From contig CM060731.1 in the NCBI GenBank assembly GCA_030704615.1, positions 13,516,001 through 13,580,000 of the forward strand: a stretch of DNA of 64,000 bases, read 5' to 3'. Positions 39,981 to 52,185 of the stretch are shown piece by piece. Source of the DNA: Takakia lepidozioides (Eukaryota; Plantae; Bryophyta). Every line of letters begins with the position of its first letter. Within the stretch, counting starts at the first letter, position 1. The position numbers and the translations under genes are program-made. Below the pieces are notes generated by a model. It saw only the letters and a list, made by a program, of their open reading frames with translations, did no database searches and was not told the origin of the DNA.

Positions 39981-41099
39981 TTTCTTGAAGCTTGCAGCTC
40001 ATGTTCTTGCAAATGTGGATTCTGCTGCTGCCTAAGCTGCTGATGCCATTTGTTGTTTCAAACTGCCACCATGCCGCTTCAGACCTGCTCCAAGATGGCT
40101 CCAATGAGGATCTGCTTCTCTCCTTACCCCTGTTTCTAGTTTTTTACAACCACATTTGCATGTGTAGGAGTTAAGCTATGAAGGGTACAAGGGTACAAAA
40201 TAGCAGTTATTACTCTGACTGCTTTGATACTTGGCTCTGAAATTAAACTTCTTGGTATGACTCTGATGGATCAAAAGGATAGGCTTTGATAGATAACACA
40301 CATTCTTCAAGGCCCTCATATCATTTTGGTTTCATGGCTTGATAACAAACAGAGGTTTCTGAGCTACTCTTTCACCTTGGCAGAGCTATTTTATGAGGCC
40401 TTAAAATACCATTCCAGGCCTGTACCTGCTTAAGGGGGCTCAACCCTATTGTTTCTTCTTCCTTTTTAAGAATCTTGCTTGTATCTTGGTTCTAAAACAT
40501 CAACTTCAAACCAAACCTGCAATCTGGTTTTTGAAATGAGTTTGAAATGAATTTTTGAGATGATGGTGCAAACTATGGTGCTTTCATGATATGACTGACC
40601 TGGAATCCCACCCTCCCACCCTGTTTTTTCAGAGACCCTGAAATGTAATGGGGTATTCAAATGAGATTGTAAACATGAAAGGAATGCTAGATGGTGCCCT
40701 GTAAAGGGCTGTTTTGTCTTTCAATGACAATGACCTTAGCGGTCTTGTCCATGTCTTGACATGACATGTATATCTTCCCTCTCTTTCGTGCTGCTCACAG
40801 AAAAAAAAAACCCACAGAGGGAAAGAGGGGGTAGAAAAAGTTAATAAGAGAGAGGGAGAGAGTGAGAAGATATTCATGTCATGTCAAGACATGGACAAGA
40901 CCAACTAGGGTCGTTGTCAATTAAAGACATAAACAGCCCCATGACAGGGCACCATCTAACATTTCCAGCTTGTCATAACACACCAAGTGACGCCACCCAT
41001 TCAGTCATGATAAAACGGGGTGGGAGGGCGGGGTATGTTCATAATCAGATTCCTGTCATGTACCCAAGTGACCCTCTTGCACAATATAAGTCAGATTGC

Positions 41100-43420
41100 A
41101 GCCTCAGATTACATCATCCATAGTTATCCATAAGATATGCACCATACAAGATATCATGGGCATATAAGAACATCTTGCCACATTACCGATCCAAGATATG
41201 TATACACAAGTACCTTGAGGTGATCCAAGACAAGCATTATGCAAAGTAGGTAAGAACAGCCTGCCCTACAACATATTCAGGGAGTGTTCACCCCGGCAGC
41301 AGGAAGGACCAGCCTGCAATTAATTACACTTCGGGCCTGCCACCAAGTACACTTCTTGGGCATGGCAAGCCATATTGCAGCTTCATATTTGGCCAAATGT
41401 AAACACCCCAAAGCATGCATCATGCAAGGCCTTCTGGGTATGTAAGAATAGCCTGTCATTGTACATATTCAGGACCTGTGCACATAGGACTCTTGCTGGC
41501 CGAGCCTGCAGTAAATCAGACTCCAAACATGCAACCAAGTGAACACTTTGGGCATGACAAGACTGACTTCGATTTCATTCTATATCATGTACAGTTGCCC
41601 CGAGATATGCATCATGTAAGGCATTTTGGCATGGAAGAAAGGCTTGCCCTCTCACAACATCCAGATATGGACACACATACAATTTGAGTGCCCAAGACCA
41701 AGTTCTCTTGGCCAAGATACATCATACAATGCAGGTGGCTGTTCATATGGCAAAATAAAGTAACTAATCACTGGCCAGAGTCCTTTAGAGCTTACCGTCA
41801 CTATTTCACAGGAGGCTAATGCCATCTTTTGCACAACAAATCCAAGTCTGAAAAAGGCCTGTCATTGCCTTATCAGGTTGTCTTCTTTAATAAAAACCAT
41901 ACCTCCTCATCCTTAGAGCCAAACAGCCACTGATGACTTTACCCTTACACGATCAATCCTCTTTTAAGGCCAAAAAAGGAACCTAGTCTAAAAATCCACA
42001 CGCAAAGCTGTCAAAGATTCAAGACATGGCAGGATTCACATGCTGTGCTGCATGAGACAAAGCTGCCAGGCCGGAATGCTCCATCAGCAGCAGCAAAAAA
42101 TAGGTCAAAAGCACGCATCATCATGTCAAACCGGGAGCAAGCGGGCCGAAATCGGGGCTGCAGGCAGCAGCAGTATGTTCCTTTTGCACACATCCTTATC
42201 TGCAAGCTCAAGAGGATTCAAAGTAGGTAGGGATCCTCACCTGGTCCCATCACAAGCCCCCACAAAAACCAATGGGTTAGTGAGGATTGTGGAACCCTAG
42301 GTGAATCACAGACCCCTACACTTGTCATCGATGTCAACTAAGAACCCCAAAAACAAGAGAGAAAGACATGAAATGAAAGGAACCCTAATCACCAAAAGCA
42401 CCTTGAGCGATTGGGGAAGGTAACTCTGCGCCATCGCCACCAACAAGCCACCTCCAGCACAGCTAAGGAGAAGCGAAGCATACAAATGCTAGGATTAAGA
42501 AGGGAGAGAGATAGATATACTTCCCTACCCAAGTGCCGTTGCGAAACATAAAAGCCAAAGGAGGGAAAGAGATGATGCCATCACAGCGGGGTCTCCCGCC
42601 TGTGAGAAGAGACAAGACGCCGCCATTGCGCATCCCCAGGAGCTCGTCCGGCATGGGCACGAAGCAGCAGACAGGGTAGCAGCAGAGCTCAGACGCCGTA
42701 ACTCTCAGCCCGCGAGCACAGCAGCACGAGGAGTGCAGCTGACGGCAGGAGAGACACCCTAGGGCAAAGCCCGATTTTTCATCCGCGGGGGATGAATAAT
42801 CAACACCCTTTAACTCAAAAACCCGACAGATGTCATCCGTTAGCTAGGTTTTAACCGTAGGTTATAGGGTAGGGGTTAGGGTTTTACTCCTTAATTAGCC
42901 ATAATTAAGGGTAATTAAACAATTCTCCAGGGTCATCATAAGCTCCGGTTTAGATGAAAAAAGGTAATAAGTTCATCAAGTTGGAGAAGGTCCATCGGTA
43001 GGATGAAAAAATAGTATATATAATCCAAGGCAGCGGTTTCTCATCCTAACAGGTAATTCACCATCCCCTTAAAAAAGCCTCATCCAGTACGGAAAAAAAG
43101 CATAAAGGAGGAATAACATGAATTATTATCCTGGTATTTTTCATCCGGTATGGATGGAAAATTTATAGATAGGATGCCAGTGTCACAACCCCTACGGAGG
43201 TAATTCCTCATTCTCTGGTGACTCATCTAGTATAGATGAAAGTCAATAAAAGAGGAATGAAAAATTATAGGTCCTTTTTAGAGGTATTTTGGTGTCCACC
43301 CATGTGATTCTTCCGGTATGGATAGAAAACCTTTATAAGGCGGCTGAAAACACTGTTTAGAGTTCATCTGGTATAGATGGAAAATCATGAAAAGAACACT
43401 GATGCAACCGACCAATTCTG
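41100..43420 (-). repeat. Non-autonomous repeat unit B (diverged, inverted)
   Basis: Reverse complement of 42230-42340 matches the shared block (TTGACATCGATGACAAGTGT..CTCACTAAC..CAGGTGAGG). TCATCC-rich head at 42770-43400. Confidence 0.55.
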
Positions 43421-43590
43421 AGGAGGGAGACAGAGGGAGAGAGGGGGCAACAAAGAAAAAAAAAATGTGGGGGGGGGGAGTGACCGAGCAGCTGCAGCTG
43501 CTCAGTCACTTTCCCCCCCCCCATTTTTTTTTTTTTTTTCGGTTTCCTGATCTCTCCCTTTCACTCCTCTCTCTCCCTCTCTCTCCCTCT
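43421..43590. repeat. GA-rich fold-back element copy 3
   Basis: AGTGACCGAGCAGCTGCAGCTGCTCAGTCACT core with G/C-run and A/T-run arms. Confidence 0.85.
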
Positions 43591-45515
43591 GTTACCTGGG
43601 TCTATGGAATTGTTATCCCGACTTCCATATTTTTGGTGCTTAAAATCTGGGTTGTAGGGAAAACCGGATGAATTTCATCCTGGTTTCATCCGTTTTACCT
43701 TGGCACGTATCAGATTTTTCATTACTGCCTACGATTTTTCAGTATAGCCTACCTTGATTTCATCCACCCTATACCATAGCTGTGATGTGTTGAACCTTGG
43801 TGTAATTTCCCGATTTTTCTCATCCTACCTTGATGGAAATTGGAATTTGTCCGCCGGTTCAAGGCTATGCTGGATGAAATTTATCCGGACAGTGGATGAC
43901 TGTTGTGGCAAGACAAGGTAAGGTCCCTACGCAACCCTATTTCTGCCTCTTGCGTTGAAGGATCGCGCAATGGTGGCATGGAGGAGGAGAAGGTGCTCGA
44001 GCTGCAGTTACGTTGAGTTGCCGCTCCTTGGGTTGTTTAAAGACTCTATAAATGTCGCCCCTATGGATTCATCAAGGAGACAGCGGTTCTTTTGAGGTGA
44101 GTGAAGGCACTGTCTCATTTGTCTGTTTTTTTACTGCACAAGGGAACAAAGGCAGTGATGGCGGAGGTACCACCTGCCCATGCTTGTGAAGTTTCCCTAG
44201 GAGCCCTCCTCTGGATCTTTGATGAATGGCGGCGTCTTGGTAAAACAAGGAAGTCTCTCTCTCCCTCCCTTTATAAACCCTACCTTATGAGACAAAGCTC
44301 TTTTTTCCTGTGCTTGGCAAGACTTTGCTTTGGTTAAGGTAGGAGTGTTGTGGTGTTGGCGGAGACCTCCCTGCACGGTTGTGCTTGTGGAGAGATGGCG
44401 ACCATCCCCCAAACAGTAAAAAAAAGGTTCTTTTTCTGTTTGTCTTGCTTCCCTACTTTTCTTTGGCATTCTCTGTGCTTAGATTCAAATGTATTTGACC
44501 TCGATAGCAAGTGTGGAAGCCTGCTACTCACCTCGGGCATCCTCACTAACTCACAGTGCGTTGTGGTTGTTTTTGGGACGGGCACAGGTGAGGGCTTCCA
44601 CTTAATATGCTGATTGCTAAGTGCTGCAGGGTACCATGAGGATTACAGAGGAGTAAAGATGGTGGTTGGCTGTGGATTCATCTTGAAATCTGAAAAACTA
44701 AACTACTCTATGTTTTTCATGATCCTACCTCTATGTTTGATCTGTGAAGGACAGTATAGTGCTACTTGTGGTGGGTAATCCTTTCCAGATTGGTGGAGGG
44801 CCCCTGTTTTGCAATGATGGCTGAGACTGCCTTGCCTTGCTTTGCCTTGCCTTGCCCCCAACCTGTCAGGTTAAGCATAAAGGCGCTACAATGTATTGTT
44901 TGCGGCAGCCCTTTGGGTACCTTCCCGTGCATTGTTTAAACCCTGCAATGGTGGCTGAGTTATGGTGGTTTGTGTGGGACACATACATCAGTTTTTAGGC
45001 CCTGATTTGCTTTGCCTCTGGTCTGTTAGGGTAAACATATAGGTGCTGCAAGTTATAGTTTGCTGCAGCCCTTTGGGTACCTTCCTGGATAGTGTTTAAC
45101 CCTGCAATGATGGCTGAGAATATGGTGACTTGTGAGGGACACATACATCAGTTTTTAGGCCCTGGCTTACTTGGCTTCAGCTTGTTAATAAACCTGGCAA
45201 TGATGGCAAAGACCATGGTGGTTCGTGTGGGACACACACATCAGTTTGTAGCCTTCTTTTGCTTTGTCTCCAGCCTGTGAGGTTTAACATACAGGTGCTG
45301 AATATGATGGCTTGTGTGGGACACACACATCAGTTCTTAGGCCTTGTTTAAACCTTTCAATGATGGCTGAGAAGATGGTGACTTGTGTGGGACTTAGGCC
45401 ATGGTCTAACTGGCTTTCAGCTTGTTAATAAATGATGGCAAAGATTATGGTGGCTTGCGTGGGACACACACATCAGTTTTTAGGCCCTGGACTACTTGGC
45501 TTTCAGCTTGTTAAT
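43591..45515 (+). repeat. Non-autonomous repeat unit C with degenerate tandem tail
   Basis: 44120-44730 closely matches 46378-46990. The tail 44870-45515 repeats GTGGGACACACATCAGTTTTTAGGCC and AATGATGGC. Confidence 0.8.
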
Positions 45516-45517
45516 AA

Positions 45518-45615
45518 AGGATATCTGGAAAACCTGGATTAATTCTATATGTGAAGGTAAGTCTTACTACCAACGTCAGCCCCTGACAGAGGTAGGATCT
45601 GTCCCTTTTGTTTCC
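45518..45615 (+). mobile_element. LINE 3' fragment
   Basis: GGATATCTGGAAAACCTGGATTAATTC..CCCTTTTGTT matches 10933-11027. Confidence 0.85.
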
Positions 45616-45618
45616 CCA

Positions 45619-45755
45619 AGAGAGGGGGCAACAAAGAAAAGAAAAGAAGTGGGGGGGGGGGGAGTGACTGAGCAGCTGCTGCTGCTCAGTCACTTCCCCC
45701 CCCACATTCTTTTTTTCTCTTTGTTGCCCCCTGATGTCTCCCTCTCTCTCCCTCT
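45619..45755. repeat. GA-rich fold-back element copy 4 (most complete hairpin)
   Basis: AGGGGGCAACAAAGA..AGTGACTGAGCAGC/GCTGCTCAGTCACT..TCTTTGTTGCCCCCT. Confidence 0.85.
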
Positions 45756-47140
45756 GGAGACTGGGTTTACGGAATTGTTGTCCCAACTTCCATCCTTGAA
45801 AAAATTGAAAAATTGGGTTGCAGGGAATTTTGGATGTTTTTCATCCAAAATACAAATTTTTCCCTAGTGAAATATTTCTTCACTAAATACCTGTGAATTG
45901 CAAAACTCCCGTCAGTTTCTACTTTTTCAATCCAACCTGGATGAAAAAAGGACTTCATCTGACATGACCTAAATACGGGGCAAAACAGGTATAAACCCCT
46001 GATGTTTTTCATCTAACCTAGATGAAATACGGACTGCATCCGTTGAGTGCAAGACATGATGAACGCACAATGTCTTTCATCTTCTGCGAATGATAAACGG
46101 GCAACGTCCGTTGGGCGTACAGGCTGGTGGATGTTTTTTATCCTGAGAATGATGAACGACGGGCCAGACAGGGGAAAACCCTGCGCAACCCTAATGTCTT
46201 TCTTTTTGCGCTGCGAGAGCGCGCGTGATGGCGGCTTGGGAGGAGCGATGGTGCTCGTGCTGCAGATACCTTGAGCTGCCAATCCTTGAGTATTTATGGC
46301 TCCTGTGAGCGCCGCCTAGGCGGGCTCTTTAAGGTGATGGCGGTGGCTTAGAGATAAGGGAAGATTCACTGTCTTAGTTGTCTGTTTTTTTGCTGCACAA
46401 GGGAACCGCGGTAGTGATGGCGGAGGTACCACCTACATGCTTATGACGTTTCCCTAGGAGCCCTCCTCTGGATCCTTGATGAATGGCGGCATTTTGGTAG
46501 AACAAGGAAGTCTCTCTCCCTCCCTTTATAAACCCTACCTTTTGAGACCAAGCTCTTTTTTCTTGTGCTTGGCAAGACTTTGCTTTGGTTAAGGTAGCAG
46601 TGTTGTGGTGTTGGCGGAGTCCTCCCTGCACGGTTAGGCTTGTGGAGAGATGACAACTCTCCCCCAGACAGTAAAAAAAGGTTTTTTTTCTGTTTGTTTT
46701 GCTTCCCTGCTTTCTTTGGCATTCTCTGCGCTTAGATTGAAGTGTATTTGACCTCGATAGCAAGTGTGGAAGCCTGTTACTCACCTCGTACATCCTCACT
46801 AACTCACAAATGCGTTGTGGTTATTTTTGGGACGGGCACAGATGAGGGCTTCCACTTAATATTCTGATGTTTAGGTGCTGCTGGATGCCAAGTGGGATTG
46901 CAGAGCAGGGGAAGGAATCGCTTTCTAGGGATTCATCTTAAAATGTTGAAAAACTAAACTACTCTATGGTTTTTCTTGATCCTACCTCTTTCCTTCCTTT
47001 ATTTCTAAAGAACAAGTGTAATGCTTTCTACGATGGGCTATTTTCGGCCCAGCCATTGGAAGACCTTTGCTTTGTTGTGACAGCCGGGTTTATGATGGTT
47101 TGTGTGAGAGACACACATCTATTTTCCAGGCCCTAGTTTG
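45756..47140 (+). repeat. Non-autonomous repeat unit D
   Basis: Direct repeat of unit C, including the same junction to the fold-back (CTGGGT.TA.GGAATTGTT.TCCC.ACTTCCAT). Confidence 0.8.
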
Positions 47141-47563
47141 CTTTGCTTACCTTATGGTAGTTGGAAACAATTTGAGAGGCTGCAAGGAACTGTTTGTTGC
47201 AGCTATTCGGGTACCCATGTTGGCCCCTGTTATGTTCCAACCCGGATGGCTCTGTTAGCTAGATGCTTAGGCCAGGGTATGGTGAAGATTCTGCCTGTGG
47301 ATATTCGGCTGACAATGAAATATGGCAACAATATATAACTGGTAACTGGTTTTTGAGGCACCCAGGGTGGTCGAGTGGAAATACCCCCTGGACATGGTGT
47401 AATGACATGGTCAAATGTGGAATGATGTGAATAGGGTGTATTGACGGTATTATATATTGTCACATGATGTGTATGCAATCCTTTATCTTTACCTTGCTGG
47501 GTCATGAACTTTGATTTTCAGCTGTAGCAAGAAATAAAGGTATCCAACATTCTCTCCCCAGAC

Positions 47564-47945
47564 CTGCAGGTAGATCCCCCCTAGTCTCACCGTTGGACGG
47601 AATATCATTGCTTTCAGTGCTTTGTCCTTGATAATCACTACCTTCTGTGATGGAATGACATCATGGGTTTCTCGGGGATGATGAATCCACAGTTTCATGC
47701 GTGCAAACACAGGACACGTCCCACACAACTGGAGTCCCAATCGCCTCCTTCAATGTGTCAGCATCCATGTGTCAATAAGGCAGAGGACAGGAGCCAAATG
47801 CGTCATCACAAAAGATCAGGGTAACTGAAATGGTGGACGAACACAAGTGGTGTCCGTGGCAAGTTCCATCCCCAGAAACATTCAGGCAATCTCCTGAGGC
47901 AACAACTGAAGGAGATCCAGAAAGCGACAGAAACACCCTTTGGCC
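47564..47945 (-). pseudogene. En/Spm TNP1-like (Transposase_23-type) domain exon, degenerate
   Basis: VVASGDCLNVSGDGTCHGHHLCSSTISVTL..PLPY*HMDADTLKEAIGTPVVW fits the VAxG..HG..L..V..LP..TL.EA.G..V.W pattern. A TACTAAC branch point lies upstream; in-frame TGA stops are present. Confidence 0.55.
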
Positions 47946-50900
47946 TACTTGGAACCCCATGAAGTTAGTAACCTCCACTGGGCAGTGGAGGTCCAGTAAA
48001 ATCCTATTACCTGATTAACTGAAGGAAAGAAAGTCTTGCCACCGAAAGGAAAAACTTTAAGTATAACTTTTTCGACGGTTTTGAATGAGAAAACAATATG
48101 GATTGAAAATGTAAAATCAATGTTTGGATCTACACTAGGACTGATAAAAAAACAATTGGAATTAAATTGGAGTATGAGGGTGGAGTATAGACTACATCTA
48201 TCAGAACTGTCAGATGAAGTCACAATTGCCAACCTCCACTGGGCAGTGGAGGTTGGATGATATCTGTTGATGAAATCAACCACATGGATGAACAATGGAT
48301 AATAAAGAAGCCCTCTGTAGATGAAAAGGTGATTCTATGGATGGATGAATAATAATGTGGCGACTGCCCAGTGGAGGTTTGGGAGTAACTTTAGACAAAA
48401 CAAAAGCAAGTTTAGTTGGTGCACATGGAGAGTACACAAAAATTGAGTATCATATTATCCTACGTGAGAAATGTGCAGTTGACACCTGAGACTAAGGAAG
48501 CAGGAAGAGACTCAGAGGCTGCTTCAGAAGTACCCTATGGGCAGAGTGGTGCAGGACAGGCAAAGAGGTACACGTTGTCCAGAGAGGTGCGTGAGAGAAA
48601 AGAAGCAAGTGAGAGGTTCAAAGTGGGAAGTTGGTGTTGTGTGGATTCGGACGTTATATAGAGGTGACATATAACTTACATCTTTGAATCGCTCCAATGG
48701 CAGTGTGATATGCTTTCTCTCCCGGATCGATTGTGGCCACCGTGGATTAAGGCGGAATCGAATGGCTTATTTCAACTCGCGAAATCTCGGCTTCATTGAA
48801 AGTGTGCACAATTTTCCATTTATTGACAGCAGCCATTGTCACATTAATTATGGAACAAACGATAACGGCCGCGATCAGACTGAATTCTATCGTACTTGTA
48901 CGTTAGTAGGACTACAAGTCTGGCATCATTATCGTGCGGCTCTGACAGCAGACTCTGGAATAAGCGTGAAGGATGTCGATTCTGACAAATGGCCTGGAGA
49001 AATGAAGTCAGGAGGCTAATCGCCACAACTAATTCGGGACTGCACATTAACAATCGATCTTTATAATTAGCTGGGAGGAATCCGGAGGTGAACCATAAAG
49101 CACTTTGAGATTGTTCTGTTTATATTTATCGTGTTGTTACAGTGAATAAAACACTTGGGCAGGGCGGGGCATTACATGCCGACGCATTGCATTGGACAGC
49201 GAGGGCGGTGCATTACAGGTATGCGGAATGCTCTGTTGTGCCTTGCTTGCTGGCACATGTTTAATGTAGGGATGGACCCCTCGTGTCGGGTATCCCTCGA
49301 TAAATGGGCAGTCCCGAGGGGGCCATCTACTATCCTTAAAGCCGTATGTCTGTCAGGGAATATTGACGCCTGGCGGCTAACAGCCGAAAGTAATTGTGGA
49401 CGGCTCAATATGAGACAATGATTATACAGTGTGACGAATCCGTACGTATAGCGTTGTGTCCTCTGGCAGATTGAGTTCGAAACGACTGCCTAGGCGTCTC
49501 ACGTGGGTGGTCACATGTGCGTTTGGGGCGTGGGTTAAGGTTTGTTGGCTTCGAATCTATTTTAAGATTTTTGTAAGCGTGAGGGTTGCAGAGTCTGACC
49601 AATGGCGTCATTACAATCATTTCGTCCTTTTTTCATTCGTCTATCCAGTCGTCTGTCCAAACGTGTGTGCATTCGTGGAACAAAAGTTGAACTAATTTCA
49701 TCTGTGTAGATGGACAGTATTAATGTTAGTTTGCGTGGATGGGGCAGAACATCCATTTGGGCCGCACAACCGTTCGATTTTGGACAGAGGCGATGGTTCA
49801 GATCATCCTTGAAGGTCGCTTATAAGGGGTGCGCTCTTTGAGCCCGGCCTTTGGGCTTCCCATTTTCTACGCGTAAGCGCTGCGTGAGTGAGAGCTTAAC
49901 AGTTGAGAGAGGAGACCGTGAAAGAGAAGAGTTTTGGAGTTTGTTTTGCAGTGACTGGACACTGGAGCGTGGAGAGAAAGAGCAGACTTGGCCGAGTGCA
50001 GAGAGAGGAAAGGGTGAAAGGTGAGAGAGTGAAATAGGCGAAATTTGAAGAGCGGGGAGGAGAGACCGGACAGTGGCGAGTGGAGATTGACGAGTGTAGA
50101 GGCGAGAGCATAGTGCAATTACTGGCAGGTGGAGGTGCGGAAGAGAGTATCAAACGAAGGACTGTGGTTGCAGGGGCACCAAAATGGCCGGCACAAGCAG
50201 GTACAGCATTAAAAACTCCCTCTTTTCGTCTTCTGTTTCACGTTTTGTGTTTGCCTGTTCTAAATTCATGTGTTGGCCCGTTCTCAGTTTTGTGTTGGCC
50301 AGCTCTCGATTCATGTGGCCTGTTCAAGATTCAATTCGTTTCGATCCTGCTTCATTCTCTGCTGCACTGCACTGTCTCTAGTGCTTCAGTCCGTGCTTTA
50401 GTGCACATTAGGTTTATGTTTCATTGTTTGCTTCGTTGTTTGCTTCAATGCTGTTTCATTCTCTGTGAATTCATTTCACTCCTGCTCCATTCTGTGCTTC
50501 AGTGTCATTGCTTCACTGTTGTTTTTCAATTCACCGATGGTTTGTAGGGTGGTTTTGTGTGGTGGTTTTGTGTGCAATTGGGTTTGTGTGTGCTTATTCT
50601 GGTCGATTAGGGTAATGGTTTAGGGTGGCGGGAGATTACCGTGCTGGTTGTATTACTTGTTTTGTTCATTGTGGTGGTTTATTGAGGACAGTGGTTTCGG
50701 AAATGCCCGGATGTTTATTTCTCAACCGTTTTCTTGATCCCCAAATCCAGTGTTAGTTGATGCATTTCTTCCCATTCAAATTCGATTCTGAATGGAAATT
50801 TTCATTTCTTATCCAATTATATCGAATTCAGCAATTCTGAAAAACCACGATAGCCTAGTCTACTTGTATTCTACAGTAGACATATGCTAACAGTAGGCTT

Positions 50901-51145
50901 CGTGCAGGCCAGAGTAGAGTATTCGTAGACCCATGTCATGCACATGAGCAACCAGAAATTGGAACCTCCACTCGCGTGAATTCTGTATGCGGAAGTTGAA
51001 AGGCATTTTTTTAAAGTAAGGACGAAATAGGATAATTACGGGAAAATTGAAATCAGTTTGAGACGATGTGGGAACGAGTGATGGAATCATATGTGTAACA
51101 TTGTAAGTGTGACACATACTTTCCAACGAGACTGGGATACGATAA

Positions 51146-51880
51146 TTGGGAACCTCACTACCCAGTGGAGGTTCGATATTTCTTTGGGTCAGCCAGTTAC
51201 ACACTCTGATTAGTTTTTATGTCAGAATGAGAAAGAAGAACGAGGGTGGGGAACCGGTGTCTGACGATGAGTACAAGACAGCCAGATTAAATTGGAGCAA
51301 GAGATGGTGTTCGGTAGACGTGATGGAAGCGGACCGTCCAGATAAAAAACATGGTGTTTCGGAACCAGATGAAAAATCCAGTTGGGGGTCTACCGAGCCG
51401 AACAAAGTGTCTGTCAATGACGAAAATGTGACTGTAGAATCCCCGTGGAACGCATCTGAATCTCCGAACAATACACCTGAAGTCATCTGTAAGGATACCC
51501 TGGCGGAAATAAGAGAAAGCGTTCATGTAAACAATGATATCAACGGATCTCCTGCCTACTCCCAAGATTATCCGACATACACCCCTTCAGACTATTCCCC
51601 AGACACATTGGCGGCGATACGAGTGACCGTTTTTGGATATCCAGCATCTCCGGGTTACTCGCCAGCATCTCCTGAATCCACATCAGGATCTGAAGGATAT
51701 TATCGTCCAAACTTCCTCCTGGACACTGAAACGAGCGGGGGAGTCCTGGAACTACTGGACGTCTCCGGATCTCCAGGATACTCCCTTGCGTCTCCTGATA
51801 GTATCACCGGATCCCCAAAATATACCCCTCCAGACTATTCGCCTAATACACTCAGAGAGATAAGAAGGAGCATTATGTAG
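51146..51880 (+). CDS. Ser/Pro/Tyr-rich ORF with Pol II CTD-like heptads
   Basis: Open 244-codon frame with SPAYS, YTPSDYSPDT, SPGYSPASPES, SPGYSLASPDS, SPKYTPPDYSPNT and three [DN]TL[AR][EA]IR repeats. A likely acceptor (TGTCAG) lies at ~51225. Confidence 0.55.
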   Translation: MGTSLPSGGSIFLWVSQLHTLISFYVRMRKKNEGGEPVSDDEYKTARLNWSKRWCSVDVMEADRPDKKHGVSEPDEKSSWGSTEPNKVSVNDENVTVESPWNASESPNNTPEVICKDTLAEIRESVHVNNDINGSPAYSQDYPTYTPSDYSPDTLAAIRVTVFGYPASPGYSPASPESTSGSEGYYRPNFLLDTETSGGVLELLDVSGSPGYSLASPDSITGSPKYTPPDYSPNTLREIRRSIM

Positions 51881-52185
51881 TTCTTGGGTATATAATCTAG
51901 AATCGTCTGAATATAGTGCGAGAAATTCCTTAGTATATTTTGGACAAATTAGGTTCAAAGATTTCTATTGTAGATTAGTCCTGTTTTAGGATGATGTACT
52001 CAATGGCTCCTGAGCCTCATTTTCATTAAACTTTTTTTCTTCAACATCTGTAAAATATGGAGGATTTCCCATTTCATGTAGAAAGACTCGTACATACGAA
52101 CCTCCACTGTCCAGTGGAGGTTCTCATTTCTGGAATGATGGATGTTAGTAAGAGAGATCCTCTTATTTGATTATCTAATAAATTT

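Noticed and set aside
37909-45755. Sequencing-adapter contamination as the origin of the GA-rich hairpins
   Set aside because: Copies are mutually diverged and do not match the SMRTbell adapter sequence as I recall it.
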